64,000 nucleotides of DNA from Chloroflexota bacterium (GTDB lineage Bacteria; Chloroflexota; UBA11872; VXOZ01): the NCBI GenBank assembly GCA_964291655.2, contig OZ219802.1, positions 832,001-896,000 on the forward strand, written 5' to 3'. This document shows positions 1-9,228 of the stretch, piece after piece. The translations under genes and the position numbers were made by a program. A model generated the notes under the pieces. The model was not told the origin of the DNA and did not search any database. It was given only the letters and a program-made list of their open reading frames with translations. Numbering within the stretch: the first letter of the stretch is position 1; each line of letters begins with the position of its first letter.

Positions 1-1
1 A

Positions 2-397
2 TACACCAGCATATAGGGCCTCTACATCCTCATCCGATGTCGGGGACACCTTCTGCAAAACGAAGAATCCATCACGGAGCTCTACTTGGACCCTGGAGTT
101 ATTCCGTAGGGTGGCGGTCACAGCGATGTGTACATAACTCTCACCGACTCGCCGGTAAGACACGTCGTGCATTATCGTCAAGTGCGGCTCGGACTCTCGG
201 AATACCTGCCACTTGTAAGCGGCAAAGAGCCCACCGGCGACAATGGCAAGAATCGTGACAGAAGACTGGATAGCCCTTAGCACATCCCCAGGCGCAACCG
301 TGTCGGGAGCAATAGCGAGTGCCACAAGAATAACCCCGCACAACACCGCCAAGCCCGCCACAACTGTTATTGCAAGTCCTTTGTCTACCTTGCCCAT
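2..397 (-). CDS. Hypothetical membrane protein, 3' end outside the window (not in ORF track)
   Basis: Manual translation from ATG at 397: MGKVDKGLAITVVAGLAVLCGVILVALAIAPDTVAPGDVLRAIQSSVTILAIVAGGLFAAYKWQVFRESEPHL...; open to the window edge, two hydrophobic segments, purine-rich sequence upstream. Confidence 0.7.
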   Translation of the reverse strand, partial: MGKVDKGLAITVVAGLAVLCGVILVALAIAPDTVAPGDVLRAIQSSVTILAIVAGGLFAAYKWQVFRESEPHLTIMHDVSYRRVGESYVHIAVTATLRNNSRVQVELRDGFFVLQKVSPTSDEDVEALYAGV

Positions 398-540
398 GCA
401 GTCTCTTTTCCCGCATCGTAGTTCCAATACAGCATGTTCCCATACACTGTATTATACTGCTCCTCCAAACTATCACAATCGCTGGACATTCAGGCCCATT
501 GATGCAAGTAGCCATCGCCATTCCTATCTAACTCTTTGGT

Positions 541-1329
541 CTAGCTGCTCGCACTGGAGTACTTGGTCAGCGCCAGGCGCCAGAAGAGGTGAGAGAGGAC
601 CAAGAGCCCGGCGGTCATGGCGACGGCAGCGAGGGCGAAGATGGGGCTGAGGAGGCCCATGAGGGCTTGGCTGGGGACCATGGCTATGAAGGCCACCGGC
701 AGCACGAACGTCAAGCCGATGCGGAGCGCGCCGCGAAAGACGTCGGTGGGTACGCGGGAGGCCTCGATGAGGTTGTAATAGAGGTGTCCCACGTTGTTGA
801 GGCGCCCCACGAAGAACGTCACCGAAATGATGATGAACCAGAGCGAATAAGCAATCAGGCACGCACACACCACCATCCCGAGATAGAGCAGCGCCCCGAT
901 CCACGTCACCGGCTGCGCGAGCAGGCTGATCGCGTACCACAACACACCGCCGCCGATCACCACCTGCACCAGCGGGTCCCAATCGAACTTGCGGGTGGAG
1001 ACATAGAAGCGCGTATTCACCGGCTTGCTCAGCACGAAGTCCAATTCGCCGCGATTGATCAACCCGGAGAGCGCGTTCATGTTTTCGCCAAAGATCGACT
1101 CCACAACGCCGTCCACGATCATCACCGTAGCCGCCAGCACGAGCATCTGCTCCACGCGCCAGCCGCCGATGGTCTGCACGTGGCCGAAGATGATTTGGAT
1201 TGAGGACACGTAGACCACCGCATAGCAAATGGTCGCGATGCTCCAAACCGTGAAACTCAGCCGGTATTCCAGCGCATTCAGGAATGAGTTCTTGGCAAAG
1301 GCCAGATAGAGGCGCCCGTAGCGCTGCAT
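541..1329 (-). CDS. ABC-2 family transporter permease (DUF990/ABC2_membrane_6 type)
   Basis: Six TM segments, GELDFVLSKP motif, C-terminal YSSASS; operon with second permease and ATPase. Confidence 0.9.
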   Translation of the reverse strand: MQRYGRLYLAFAKNSFLNALEYRLSFTVWSIATICYAVVYVSSIQIIFGHVQTIGGWRVEQMLVLAATVMIVDGVVESIFGENMNALSGLINRGELDFVLSKPVNTRFYVSTRKFDWDPLVQVVIGGGVLWYAISLLAQPVTWIGALLYLGMVVCACLIAYSLWFIIISVTFFVGRLNNVGHLYYNLIEASRVPTDVFRGALRIGLTFVLPVAFIAMVPSQALMGLLSPIFALAAVAMTAGLLVLSHLFWRLALTKYSSASS

Positions 1330-1332
1330 AGC

Positions 1333-2145
1333 CTAACCTCCGTACGCGCCGTAGCGGCGCACCCCGGCGGCAAACACCCACTGCACGAACAGATAGCACA
1401 CCAGCAGCCATCCCGCTTGTATGGCAAGCGCACTCAGCGCCGATAGAAAGTCAAGGCGGCCCTGCAGCAACTGCACCGGAAAGAAGTACAAGTAGCGGAA
1501 CGGCAGGAAGTGCGTTACGCGCTCCACCCCCGCCGGCATGAGGTCCAAGGGAATGATGCTCCCAGCCAGAAACATAGTAACTACCGCGTATGATTCGATA
1601 ATGCCCGCCGTCTGGCCCACCCAGAACGCCAAGAGGCCCAGGGTCAGCTTAAGGCAATAATTCAGCAAGAACGAAAAAACCATGCTTGCCAGCAGTATCG
1701 GCGCAATCTCCCACCTGAGCGCGAAGCCGCCGAGCACCTCCTGCCCAAACAGCAAAAAGAAGAGCAGCAGCATCGGCACGAGAAAGACCACCCGCACGCC
1801 CTTGAACGCGACCTCAACCGCAAGCTGCCACAGTTGGTAGGGGAACGGGCGGACAAGGTGCGCGGAAAAGGCGCCGCTGCGGATCCAATCGCCCGTATTC
1901 CACTCCAGATGCGGCGTCAGCAGGTTGCTCAATATCAAGAACATGACGTAGTAGTTCACCATGTCCTGCACGGTGTATTCACCGATACGGTCTACGGTGC
2001 GGTACGCCGCCAGCCAGAGGGCGATCATGATGAGCGGTATAATCGCCTCGCCGATGAACCAGACGAGACTCTCGGCGCGATATATCAAGGACTCTTGCCA
2101 GGAGGCCAGGAAGACCGCGCGTAGCTTACGAAGCGACTTCAGCAT
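1333..2145 (-). CDS. ABC-2 family transporter permease (DUF990 type)
   Basis: IRSGAFSAHLVRP, PLDLMP and C-terminal YGAYGG motifs; start reassigned to ATG 2145 (MLKSLRK), overlapping the end of the ATPase gene. Confidence 0.9.
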   Translation of the reverse strand: MLKSLRKLRAVFLASWQESLIYRAESLVWFIGEAIIPLIMIALWLAAYRTVDRIGEYTVQDMVNYYVMFLILSNLLTPHLEWNTGDWIRSGAFSAHLVRPFPYQLWQLAVEVAFKGVRVVFLVPMLLLFFLLFGQEVLGGFALRWEIAPILLASMVFSFLLNYCLKLTLGLLAFWVGQTAGIIESYAVVTMFLAGSIIPLDLMPAGVERVTHFLPFRYLYFFPVQLLQGRLDFLSALSALAIQAGWLLVCYLFVQWVFAAGVRRYGAYGG

Positions 2146-3127
2146 GCGCGGGCTTTCCGCCGGAAAAGAGCTGGCGCACCACATCGTCGACTTCGGGTTC
2201 GACGATGTTGAGATCGAGGACAGGGTAGTCCTGCAAGAGTTGCGCGGAGACCTGCGGCACGGCATCGCGGGCGATACGCAACGTGGTAGTGCGCGGACGG
2301 TGCCGCAGCACATCGCCAAAGCCTGATAGTTCGGCTTCCGTTACCGGTGTTTCAAACGTCACGGTCATGAACTTGTAGTCGGCGTAGCGGCGCACCACCG
2401 TTTCCAGATCGCCGTCGAAAACGAGGTGGCCGTGGTCGATGATGAGCACCCGGTCACAGAGCGCCTCCACGTCGCGCATGTAGTGGCTCGTGAGGATGAC
2501 CGTCGCGCCGTAGCGCGCGTTGTACTCGCGCACGAAGTTACGGATATTCTGCTGCATCACCACGTCGAGGCCGATGGTCGGCTCGTCCAGGAAAAGCACC
2601 TGCGGCCGGTGGAGCAAGGCAGCCAGCAACTCGCATTTCATCCGCTCGCCCAGCGAGAGCTTCCGCGCCTGCACGTTGATGACCTGCTCGAGTTCCAAGA
2701 TCTTCACGAGCTCATCCAGCGTTTCCCGGAATTGCGCGTCCGGTACCTCGTAAATCTCCTTATTGATAAGGAAGGTTTCCATGGGTGGCAGGTCCCACCA
2801 GACCTGGTTCTTCTGTCCCATCACCAAGGCAAAGCGCCGTTGAAAGTCGGCCTGGCGCTGCCACGGTGTGTAGCCCAGCACGGAAACCTCGCCGCCGGTG
2901 GGATAGAGCAGACCGGAAAGCACCTTCAGGGTCGTCGTCTTGCCCGCGCCGTTGGGCCCCAGAAAGCCGACCAGTTCACCGCTCTCGATTGAGAACGAGA
3001 TGTCATCCACCGCCTTCACGTCGTAGGTCTTGCGCAGCACAAACGACTTCAGCGAGCCCACCAGTCCCGGCTCTTTCTGGTGGACCTGATAGTATTTGGA
3101 AAGATTCTGCACGGATATTGCGGTCAC
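2126..3127 (-). CDS. ABC transporter ATP-binding protein
   Basis: Walker A GPNGAGKTT, signature LSLGERM, Walker B LFLDEPT, H-loop TSH. Confidence 0.95.
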   Translation of the reverse strand: MTAISVQNLSKYYQVHQKEPGLVGSLKSFVLRKTYDVKAVDDISFSIESGELVGFLGPNGAGKTTTLKVLSGLLYPTGGEVSVLGYTPWQRQADFQRRFALVMGQKNQVWWDLPPMETFLINKEIYEVPDAQFRETLDELVKILELEQVINVQARKLSLGERMKCELLAALLHRPQVLFLDEPTIGLDVVMQQNIRNFVREYNARYGATVILTSHYMRDVEALCDRVLIIDHGHLVFDGDLETVVRRYADYKFMTVTFETPVTEAELSGFGDVLRHRPRTTTLRIARDAVPQVSAQLLQDYPVLDLNIVEPEVDDVVRQLFSGGKPAHAEVAS

Positions 3128-3517
3128 AATGGCGAAGTTTGTCTCTCTTGATGCAGTGAATCAATGTGGGGTTAGCGGCGATGCACACCGTACCGATCCA
3201 GTTTTCCATTGTGTAGAAAAGTGGGAAGGCGCACCGCAGTCACTAAGATATCCGCCGCTCAATACACCCAGGCGGACTCACATATGCTATTCTAGCACGT
3301 ACCTTAAGCACTTCTAGGGTGAAAGGCAGCGGCTCTCCACCCCGCTGATCTCAGTCTTAGAGACGAACTTACAATAGCTAGGCTGCCAAGTCCATTTGGA
3401 ATGCGGCTGTTTATGGTTCGATGCTTCGACAGGCTCAGCACGAACGGAAGGTGCGCCTTCCCAAATGAGACCTTTGCATAGCCCCACTTTCAACCAGGGG
3501 CACTCCCTCTCCTGGGA

Positions 3518-4782
3518 TGTACAGACCGGGGACATAGGTAACAGATGTTCGGGTAGATAGGTTACACATTTTGTGCTCTGAGGTCTATGGTTTTTACTCT
3601 TTGGATCGAGAAGTACACGTCCCAGACACCGTCCGTTCGGGTGGGTCGCAGGGCGACTTGCTTGTGCGTGAAGGCCCTGCCCACACGGAGCCGTCTGCCT
3701 TGGAAGGAGATGCGGCCGGAGACATCGACGCTGCGTACGCGGTCGTCGGGAGCGTAGGCGAGGGCAGGCAAGGTCTCTGGGAAAGGGCGAGGACTAGGCG
3801 TGTATCTGGTAATGGGAGTGTCGAGATCGAGGGCATGGTGTGGGCGTTCCAAGTTGTAGAAGTGGCGCCAGGTGTCAAAGGCGCGCTGGCAATGGTCCAG
3901 GTCGGTAAAGGTGGTCCCTGCCAGCAGTTCGCTCTTGAGGGAGCGGTGGAAGCGTTCCAGCTTGCCGAGTGTCTGGGGATGGTAGGGTCGGCTGTGCAGG
4001 ACGTTGATGCCCAGCTGCATGAGCCAGACGGTGAGGGGCGTGAAGGGCTGGGCACTGTCGTTACCCCAGGGAGAGCCGTTGTCCATGAGCATGGCCTGGG
4101 GCAAGCCGTAGCGGCGAAAGACAGCGGTGAGGCGGTCTTGGACCGTCTCTCCCCGCTCGTTGGCACAGGCCTGTAACCCGAGGTTGAAGCGGGAGTGATC
4201 GTCTAGGAGGGTGAGAGGATGACAGCGGTTCTGCTGCATGACGAAATGTCCCTTGAAGTCCATCTGCCACAGCTCGTTGGGCTGGGGTCGTTCGAAGCGC
4301 ACATGGGGCGTGTGCTTGGCGCTCTGGGCTGGATCGATGAGCCCATGGCGTTTGAGAATGGCATTGATGGTGCTCTTGGCCGGCACGTCGGTGACCCCCT
4401 GGTCCTGCAGCATCCGGCGCAGCACGTGTGCGCCTTTCTTCGGATGCGCCAGGCGCAAGGCGATGATGCGCTCCTCCAGCGCCGGGCGCGTGCGGTGCGG
4501 ACACGTGTGCGGCCGCCGCGACCGGTCGTGCAAACCGTCTTCGCCAGCTTTCGCATACCGCTCCAGCGTCTTGTACGCCGTCTTGCGACTGATCTCCAGA
4601 CGGCGACACAGCTCGCTGATGTTGGCCCCTTCCATCAGTGCCAGTGCAATGAACTCCTTGCGTTCAGACACAACCGTACTCTCCTTCCAAGGCATGGCGC
4701 TCCTCCATCTGTAAGAATCTCCATGCCTTAAGGTGTAACCTATGTGCCCGAACATGTGTAACCCATGTACCCGGTCTATACA
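3518..4782 (-). mobile_element. IS481-family insertion sequence, apparently complete
   Basis: TGT...ACA termini; about 50-bp imperfect terminal IRs (3518-3567 and 4733-4782), each with two tandem TGTAACCYATGT-like motifs; encloses a transposase. Confidence 0.92.
3562..4695 (-). CDS. IS481-family DDE transposase
   Basis: MPWKE start with GGAGGAG RBS, N-terminal HTH, WQMDFKG, MDNGSPW and GKLERFH catalytic motifs, YNLERPH. Confidence 0.95.
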   Translation of the reverse strand: MPWKESTVVSERKEFIALALMEGANISELCRRLEISRKTAYKTLERYAKAGEDGLHDRSRRPHTCPHRTRPALEERIIALRLAHPKKGAHVLRRMLQDQGVTDVPAKSTINAILKRHGLIDPAQSAKHTPHVRFERPQPNELWQMDFKGHFVMQQNRCHPLTLLDDHSRFNLGLQACANERGETVQDRLTAVFRRYGLPQAMLMDNGSPWGNDSAQPFTPLTVWLMQLGINVLHSRPYHPQTLGKLERFHRSLKSELLAGTTFTDLDHCQRAFDTWRHFYNLERPHHALDLDTPITRYTPSPRPFPETLPALAYAPDDRVRSVDVSGRISFQGRRLRVGRAFTHKQVALRPTRTDGVWDVYFSIQRVKTIDLRAQNV

Positions 4783-5085
4783 GGGGAGAGGGTTGGGGTG
4801 AGGGGGTGTATTTGCTACGATGGCCCTTTACGCTGGGCAGTGTCAAGACGTATCAGGGCGGACTTGGTGTGCATATGGAGAGATTTCAGGATATCCACCC
4901 TCACCCTAGCCCTCTCCCGTCGAGGGAGAGGGAGCTATTTCGCTACCGCTTGAGTTGCGCAAAGGTCTCCGCGTCGAGGGAGAGGGGACATCCGCGCTGT
5001 GGCGAGGGTTATGCAAAGGTCTCAAAATGGAGAGACCGGCCGACACGTAGTACGTGTGCAAAGAGAGTTAGCAAGAAGGTCTCAG

Positions 5086-5718
5086 GTGAATACGAAGCCA
5101 CAATCGGAAGGGTTTGCAGCCACGCCGCCGCTCGAAAATATCGTTGGCGAGAAAGTTGCTTTGGGCCCGCAGGGCAAAGATCTGAGCCCGCTCTTCGCAC
5201 GCTGGTATAACGACTTTCGCACCCTGAGCAGGCTGGGAGTTCCAGTCCAACCGTGGACCGCAGATCAGGAAGCGCAGCGGAATGAGCGTTTGACCGCGCC
5301 CAATGAGGCGGAAATTGACTTTGCGATATATGAGCGGTCTAGCGGACGCCCCATCGGCGTTACCGGTATAGGCGTTGACTATCGCAACCGCACTGCCGAA
5401 TTCGGCATCATCATTGGCGAGCCGGACGCCCGCGGCAAAGGCTATGGCACGGAGACGGCGCAACTAATGCTCGATTATGCGTTCACCGCACTCGGCTTAC
5501 ATAGCGTGAAGCTCACCGTCCACGCTTACAACGTGGCCGGTATCCGTGCCTACACGAAAGCCGGCTTCAAGCAGTATGGGCGCCGTCGCGAGAAGATATC
5601 CATGGGCGGCAAGCGCTGGGACGAGATTCACATGGAGTGCCTGTCAACAGAGTGGGGGCCAAGCCCCGTGCTGGCCGAGGTCTTCCAGCCGGACGAACCG
5701 CGCCCGAGGCCCTGGTAG
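5086..5718 (+). CDS. GNAT N-acetyltransferase, RimJ/RimL type (paralog 1)
   Basis: ARGKGYG acetyl-CoA motif, N..GIRAY.KAGF; GTG start chosen by alignment with paralogs. Confidence 0.9.
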   Translation: MNTKPQSEGFAATPPLENIVGEKVALGPQGKDLSPLFARWYNDFRTLSRLGVPVQPWTADQEAQRNERLTAPNEAEIDFAIYERSSGRPIGVTGIGVDYRNRTAEFGIIIGEPDARGKGYGTETAQLMLDYAFTALGLHSVKLTVHAYNVAGIRAYTKAGFKQYGRRREKISMGGKRWDEIHMECLSTEWGPSPVLAEVFQPDEPRPRPW

Positions 5719-5902
5719 TGGTTTCCGTTCGCCCGGAGCTTGTCGAAGGGTCGAAGGGCAATTCGTAAAATAGTTAAGCGCCCTGCTCACTCACAGCCGT
5801 TCACGCGTATGTACTTCGGCAGGCTCAATACGAACGAGGTGGTCGGAGGAGCCTGAGGAGCGCAATGATACCAGACTGGAATTGCAGCTACGTGGGTCTC
5901 AA

Positions 5903-6538
5903 GTGAAAACGATGCCACAAGCAGAACCACAGGAAGTAACGCCGGTCTTGAACCTGGTGGGTGAGAAGGTCGCGCTGGGGCCATTGCGCAAGGACCTGGT
6001 GCCAACCTACACCCGGTGGTACAACAGCTTCTACACACTGCGCACGCTCGGCGCGACGCCGCTGCCGCTTACCTTGGAGCAGGATGAACGGCAGCATGAA
6101 CGCCTGATAGCGAATGCCAAGACCGATATCTCATTCACGATTTACGAGCGATGCGGCTCCCGTCCTATCGGCAATGCGGGCCTCCTCGACGTTGACTATC
6201 GCAACCGCACGGCTGAGCTCGCCCTCGCCATTGCAGAACCGGACGCCCGCGGCAAGGGCTATGGCACGGAAACCACCCAACTCGTGGTTGACTATGCGTT
6301 TACGGCACTGGGCTTGCACAACGTGATGCTCACGGTGTTTGAGTACAATCTTGCCGGCATCCGTGTTTACAATAAGACCGGCTTCAAGGAGTTTGGCCGC
6401 CGACGCGAGAGTGTCTTCATGGGCGGCAAGCTCTGGGACATGATTCTCATGGACTGCTTGTCATCTGAGTGGGGACCGAGCCCCGTGCTGGCACAGGTCT
6501 TCAAGCCGGACAAGCCGCGACCGTCTCGCGAGGAATAA
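5903..6538 (+). CDS. GNAT N-acetyltransferase, RimJ/RimL type (paralog 2)
   Basis: ARGKGYG and NLAGIRVY.KTGF motifs; shared EWGPSPVL tail; start GTG 5903 or ATG 5912. Confidence 0.9.
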   Translation: MKTMPQAEPQEVTPVLNLVGEKVALGPLRKDLVPTYTRWYNSFYTLRTLGATPLPLTLEQDERQHERLIANAKTDISFTIYERCGSRPIGNAGLLDVDYRNRTAELALAIAEPDARGKGYGTETTQLVVDYAFTALGLHNVMLTVFEYNLAGIRVYNKTGFKEFGRRRESVFMGGKLWDMILMDCLSSEWGPSPVLAQVFKPDKPRPSREE

Positions 6539-6789
6539 GCCTCCGTTCGCCTCCGTAGCGTGTAGATACGCCGTATCGAGCACGGGGCAGGCCCTGAGCG
6601 TGCCTGTCCTGGTCGAAGGGCGAAACACGGCAACCTGCAAATCTCAGAGCGCTCTTGGCCGATCAAAAAACGGAGATTAGACCTACACTAAGCAAGCAGA
6701 CTTAGTCCTCGCGGCACTTTCTGGCCCACAGTAAGAAGACGGTGCCGCCCAATGCGACCGGTCATTTCAAGCACACAGGAAAATTACCT

Positions 6790-7419
6790 ATGAGCACAAG
6801 TCCACAGAGTGAGTCGTCCAAAGCCACATCGCCAATCTACAACATCGTGGGCGACAAAGTGGCGCTCGGCCCGCAGCGCAAAGACCTGGTCCCCACCTAT
6901 CTGCGCTGGTTCAACGACTTTCACACTCTGCGCACGATGGGCGCCATGCCGGTGCCGCTGACGTTGGAGCAGGAAGATAAGTGGTACGAGCGCGCGATCA
7001 CGCGTAGCGATACCGACATATTCTTCACAATCTATGAAAGGACTGCTAAGCGTCCCATCGGCAACGTCGAACTCCGTGACATCGATCACCGTAATCGTAC
7101 GTCCCTCTTCGGTATTGCCATCGGCGAACCGGACGCCCGTGGCAAGGGCTACGGCACCGAAGCGACCCAACTTATGCTCGACTTCGCCTTCACGGTGCAA
7201 GGTCTGCACAACGTGATGCTTCACGTCCACGAGTACAACCTCGCCGGCATCCGCGCGTACACGAAAGCCGGGTTTAAAGAGTTCGGCCGCCGTCGCGAAA
7301 GCCACTTCATGGGCGGCAAATTCTGGGACGTGATTCACATGGAATGCCTGGCCACAGAGTGGGGACCCAGTCCGGTGCTGGCCGAGGTCTTCAAACCCGA
7401 CGAACCGCGACAGTCCTAG
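6790..7419 (+). CDS. GNAT N-acetyltransferase, RimJ/RimL type (paralog 3)
   Basis: ARGKGYG and NLAGIRAYTKAGF motifs; AGGA RBS before ATG 6790. Confidence 0.9.
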   Translation: MSTSPQSESSKATSPIYNIVGDKVALGPQRKDLVPTYLRWFNDFHTLRTMGAMPVPLTLEQEDKWYERAITRSDTDIFFTIYERTAKRPIGNVELRDIDHRNRTSLFGIAIGEPDARGKGYGTEATQLMLDFAFTVQGLHNVMLHVHEYNLAGIRAYTKAGFKEFGRRRESHFMGGKFWDVIHMECLATEWGPSPVLAEVFKPDEPRQS

Positions 7420-7476
7420 GCGAGCTGATTTCCGTTCGCCCTGAGCCTGTCGAAGGGCTATCCGCATAGATCACAA

Positions 7477-8112
7477 ATGAATACTCAGTCAAAGGCAGAG
7501 CCACCAGCAGTACCGACTCTCGTCAACATCGTGGGCGAGAAAATAGTGCTCGGTCCCATGGGCAGGGACCTGATCCCTGCCTACGCGCGTTGGTATAACG
7601 ATCTGCATATGCTGCGCGCGCTTGGCGACATTCCTCGTCCGCAGACCCCGGCACAGAAAGCGCAGTGGTACGAAAACGCGAATACAGGTAGTGGCTCGAA
7701 CATCACTTTCACGATATGCGAGCACGACTCCGCGCGCCCAATTGGGATAGTCGGCCTCTACGGCGTCGACTTTCGCAACCGCACCGCCGAATTCGCAATC
7801 ACGATCGCTGAACCGGACGCGCGGAGCAAGGGCTACGGCACGGAAGCGACGCGACTGATGCTCGACTATGCGTTCACCGCATTGGACCTGCACAACGTGA
7901 TGCTGCGGGTCTTCGCATTCAACGTCGCCGGCATTCGTACGTACACAAAAGCCGGGTTCAAAGAGTTTGGCCGCCGCCGTGAATGCTACTCGATGGGCGG
8001 CACGAATTGGGACGTGATCTATATGGAATGCCTGGCTACGGAATGGGGGCCAAGCCCGGTGCTCGCCGAGGTCTTCAAGCCGGACCAGCCACACCAAAAC
8101 CGTAAGTGTTGA
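7477..8112 (+). CDS. GNAT N-acetyltransferase, RimJ/RimL type (paralog 4)
   Basis: ARSKGYG and NVAGIRTYTKAGF motifs; shared EWGPSPVL tail. Confidence 0.9.
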   Translation: MNTQSKAEPPAVPTLVNIVGEKIVLGPMGRDLIPAYARWYNDLHMLRALGDIPRPQTPAQKAQWYENANTGSGSNITFTICEHDSARPIGIVGLYGVDFRNRTAEFAITIAEPDARSKGYGTEATRLMLDYAFTALDLHNVMLRVFAFNVAGIRTYTKAGFKEFGRRRECYSMGGTNWDVIYMECLATEWGPSPVLAEVFKPDQPHQNRKC

Positions 8113-8142
8113 CGAAGACCACAGACTACGGTCGGCGGAAAC

Positions 8143-8357
8143 CACCTCTTCCTCGAGGAGACCTTCCCACAACTCAGGCCGGTAAGTGAAAAGATCCCCT
8201 CACCCTAACCCTCTCCCCCAGGAGAGGGAACCGGAGCCGCTCCATACTTGCTCGGATTCGAACTCTGCACTCTCGCTTCCCGGGGAGAGGTGCTGAGACA
8301 TTTCCCTCAGAATCTAGTCTCGCAAGGGTCTCCCCAGGAGAGGGCCGGGGTGAGGGT
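8143..8357. repeat. Cluster of CCCTCACCC/CCCTCTCC-GGAGAGGG REP-like palindromes with GAGACC...GGTCTC ends
   Basis: CCCCTCACCCTAACCCTCTCCCCCAGGAGAGGG at about 8196 and inverse copy GGAGAGGGCCGGGGTGAGGG at about 8337, between convergent genes. Confidence 0.75.
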
Positions 8358-8442
8358 GTTTCCTAATACTTCAACGTCATCGCATGGCTGAATGGGCATT
8401 TTATCGCACATAGTTTGGGAAGTGGTGGCTCATGCCATGCCA

Positions 8443-9228
8443 TTACGCCATGCCCAGACGTCTTTCCAAGAACTCCCGGTTATACACCGCCGACGCATGG
8501 GCGTCATCGCCGGTGGAAGTCTCCAGCACCAGCCAACCGTCGTAGCCGATAGCATCAATTGCCGTAAAGATGGCGTCCCAGTCCAGCGGGCCGGTGCCCA
8601 TGAGGGGGATACTGTCAGGTTCCTTCGTGTGGATCTGGCTGACAAGGTCGCCAAGTGCCCGCAGATCCTCAGCGGGGTCAAACCCCTGCGTATGGGCGTT
8701 GCCGACATCGAAATAGACGCCGATTTGCGGTGAATCGATGGCGGCAACCAGGCGGCGAAAACGTTCCACCGACTGTGGATGCGTACGACCCACGCTCTCC
8801 GGCGCCATTGTGACGCCGGCGCGTTCCGCCGCGGGCATGATCTCGCTGAAACCGTCCACCCAGCGGTCGAACGACTCGTCGTAGGGCTGCTCGGGGGGTG
8901 CGTCCATGGCGCAGAGGATCAGCCGGGAATCGAGTGCCGCAGCAGCCGCAATGGCGTTCGTCGCCACCTGAATGCCCTGCCGGCGGGCGTCGCTATCCCC
9001 CGTCAACATCACTCCAAGATTGCCGACGCACAGCGAGCAGACCGCTACGCCCGTCTCGGCCGACTGGCGTTTCAGCACATCCCAGCCGGACTGCTGCGCA
9101 AGTATGTTTCCCACCGGGTCGCGGGCGCTGATGGAGAACTCCAGCCCCGCAAAGCCCAGTGCCGCGGCTACCGGCAGGGCGTCCTCTCCTTCAGCGCCAA
9201 TCGAGCCCGTACGTGTGCCGATTTTCAT
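8443..9228 (-). CDS. Sugar phosphate isomerase/epimerase (xylose isomerase-like TIM barrel)
   Basis: APE, FDVGN, IHTKE and LVLET metal-ligand pattern; overlaps stop of the upstream oxidoreductase. Confidence 0.88.
   Translation of the reverse strand: MKIGTRTGSIGAEGEDALPVAAALGFAGLEFSISARDPVGNILAQQSGWDVLKRQSAETGVAVCSLCVGNLGVMLTGDSDARRQGIQVATNAIAAAAALDSRLILCAMDAPPEQPYDESFDRWVDGFSEIMPAAERAGVTMAPESVGRTHPQSVERFRRLVAAIDSPQIGVYFDVGNAHTQGFDPAEDLRALGDLVSQIHTKEPDSIPLMGTGPLDWDAIFTAIDAIGYDGWLVLETSTGDDAHASAVYNREFLERRLGMA

Larger units (their letters stand above)
3467..5023. mobile_element. MITE-like element with IS5-like terminal inverted repeats, interrupted by IS481
   Basis: Left end GAGACCTTTGCATAGCCC (3467) vs reverse complement of right end GGGTTATGCAAAGGTCTC (5006-5023), 17/18 match; encloses an inverted pair of CCCTCTCC..GGAGAGGG repeats; similar element at 10443-10717. 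Confidence 0.6.

Noticed and set aside
243-650. Plus-strand 135-aa ORF
   Set aside because: Antisense to the more plausible membrane-protein gene at 2-397 and to the permease end
524-1411. Long alternative-frame and antisense ORFs (e.g. 524-1411, 29761-30684, 33291-34121, 35711-36559)
   Set aside because: Shadow ORFs typical of high-GC coding DNA that overlap well-supported genes
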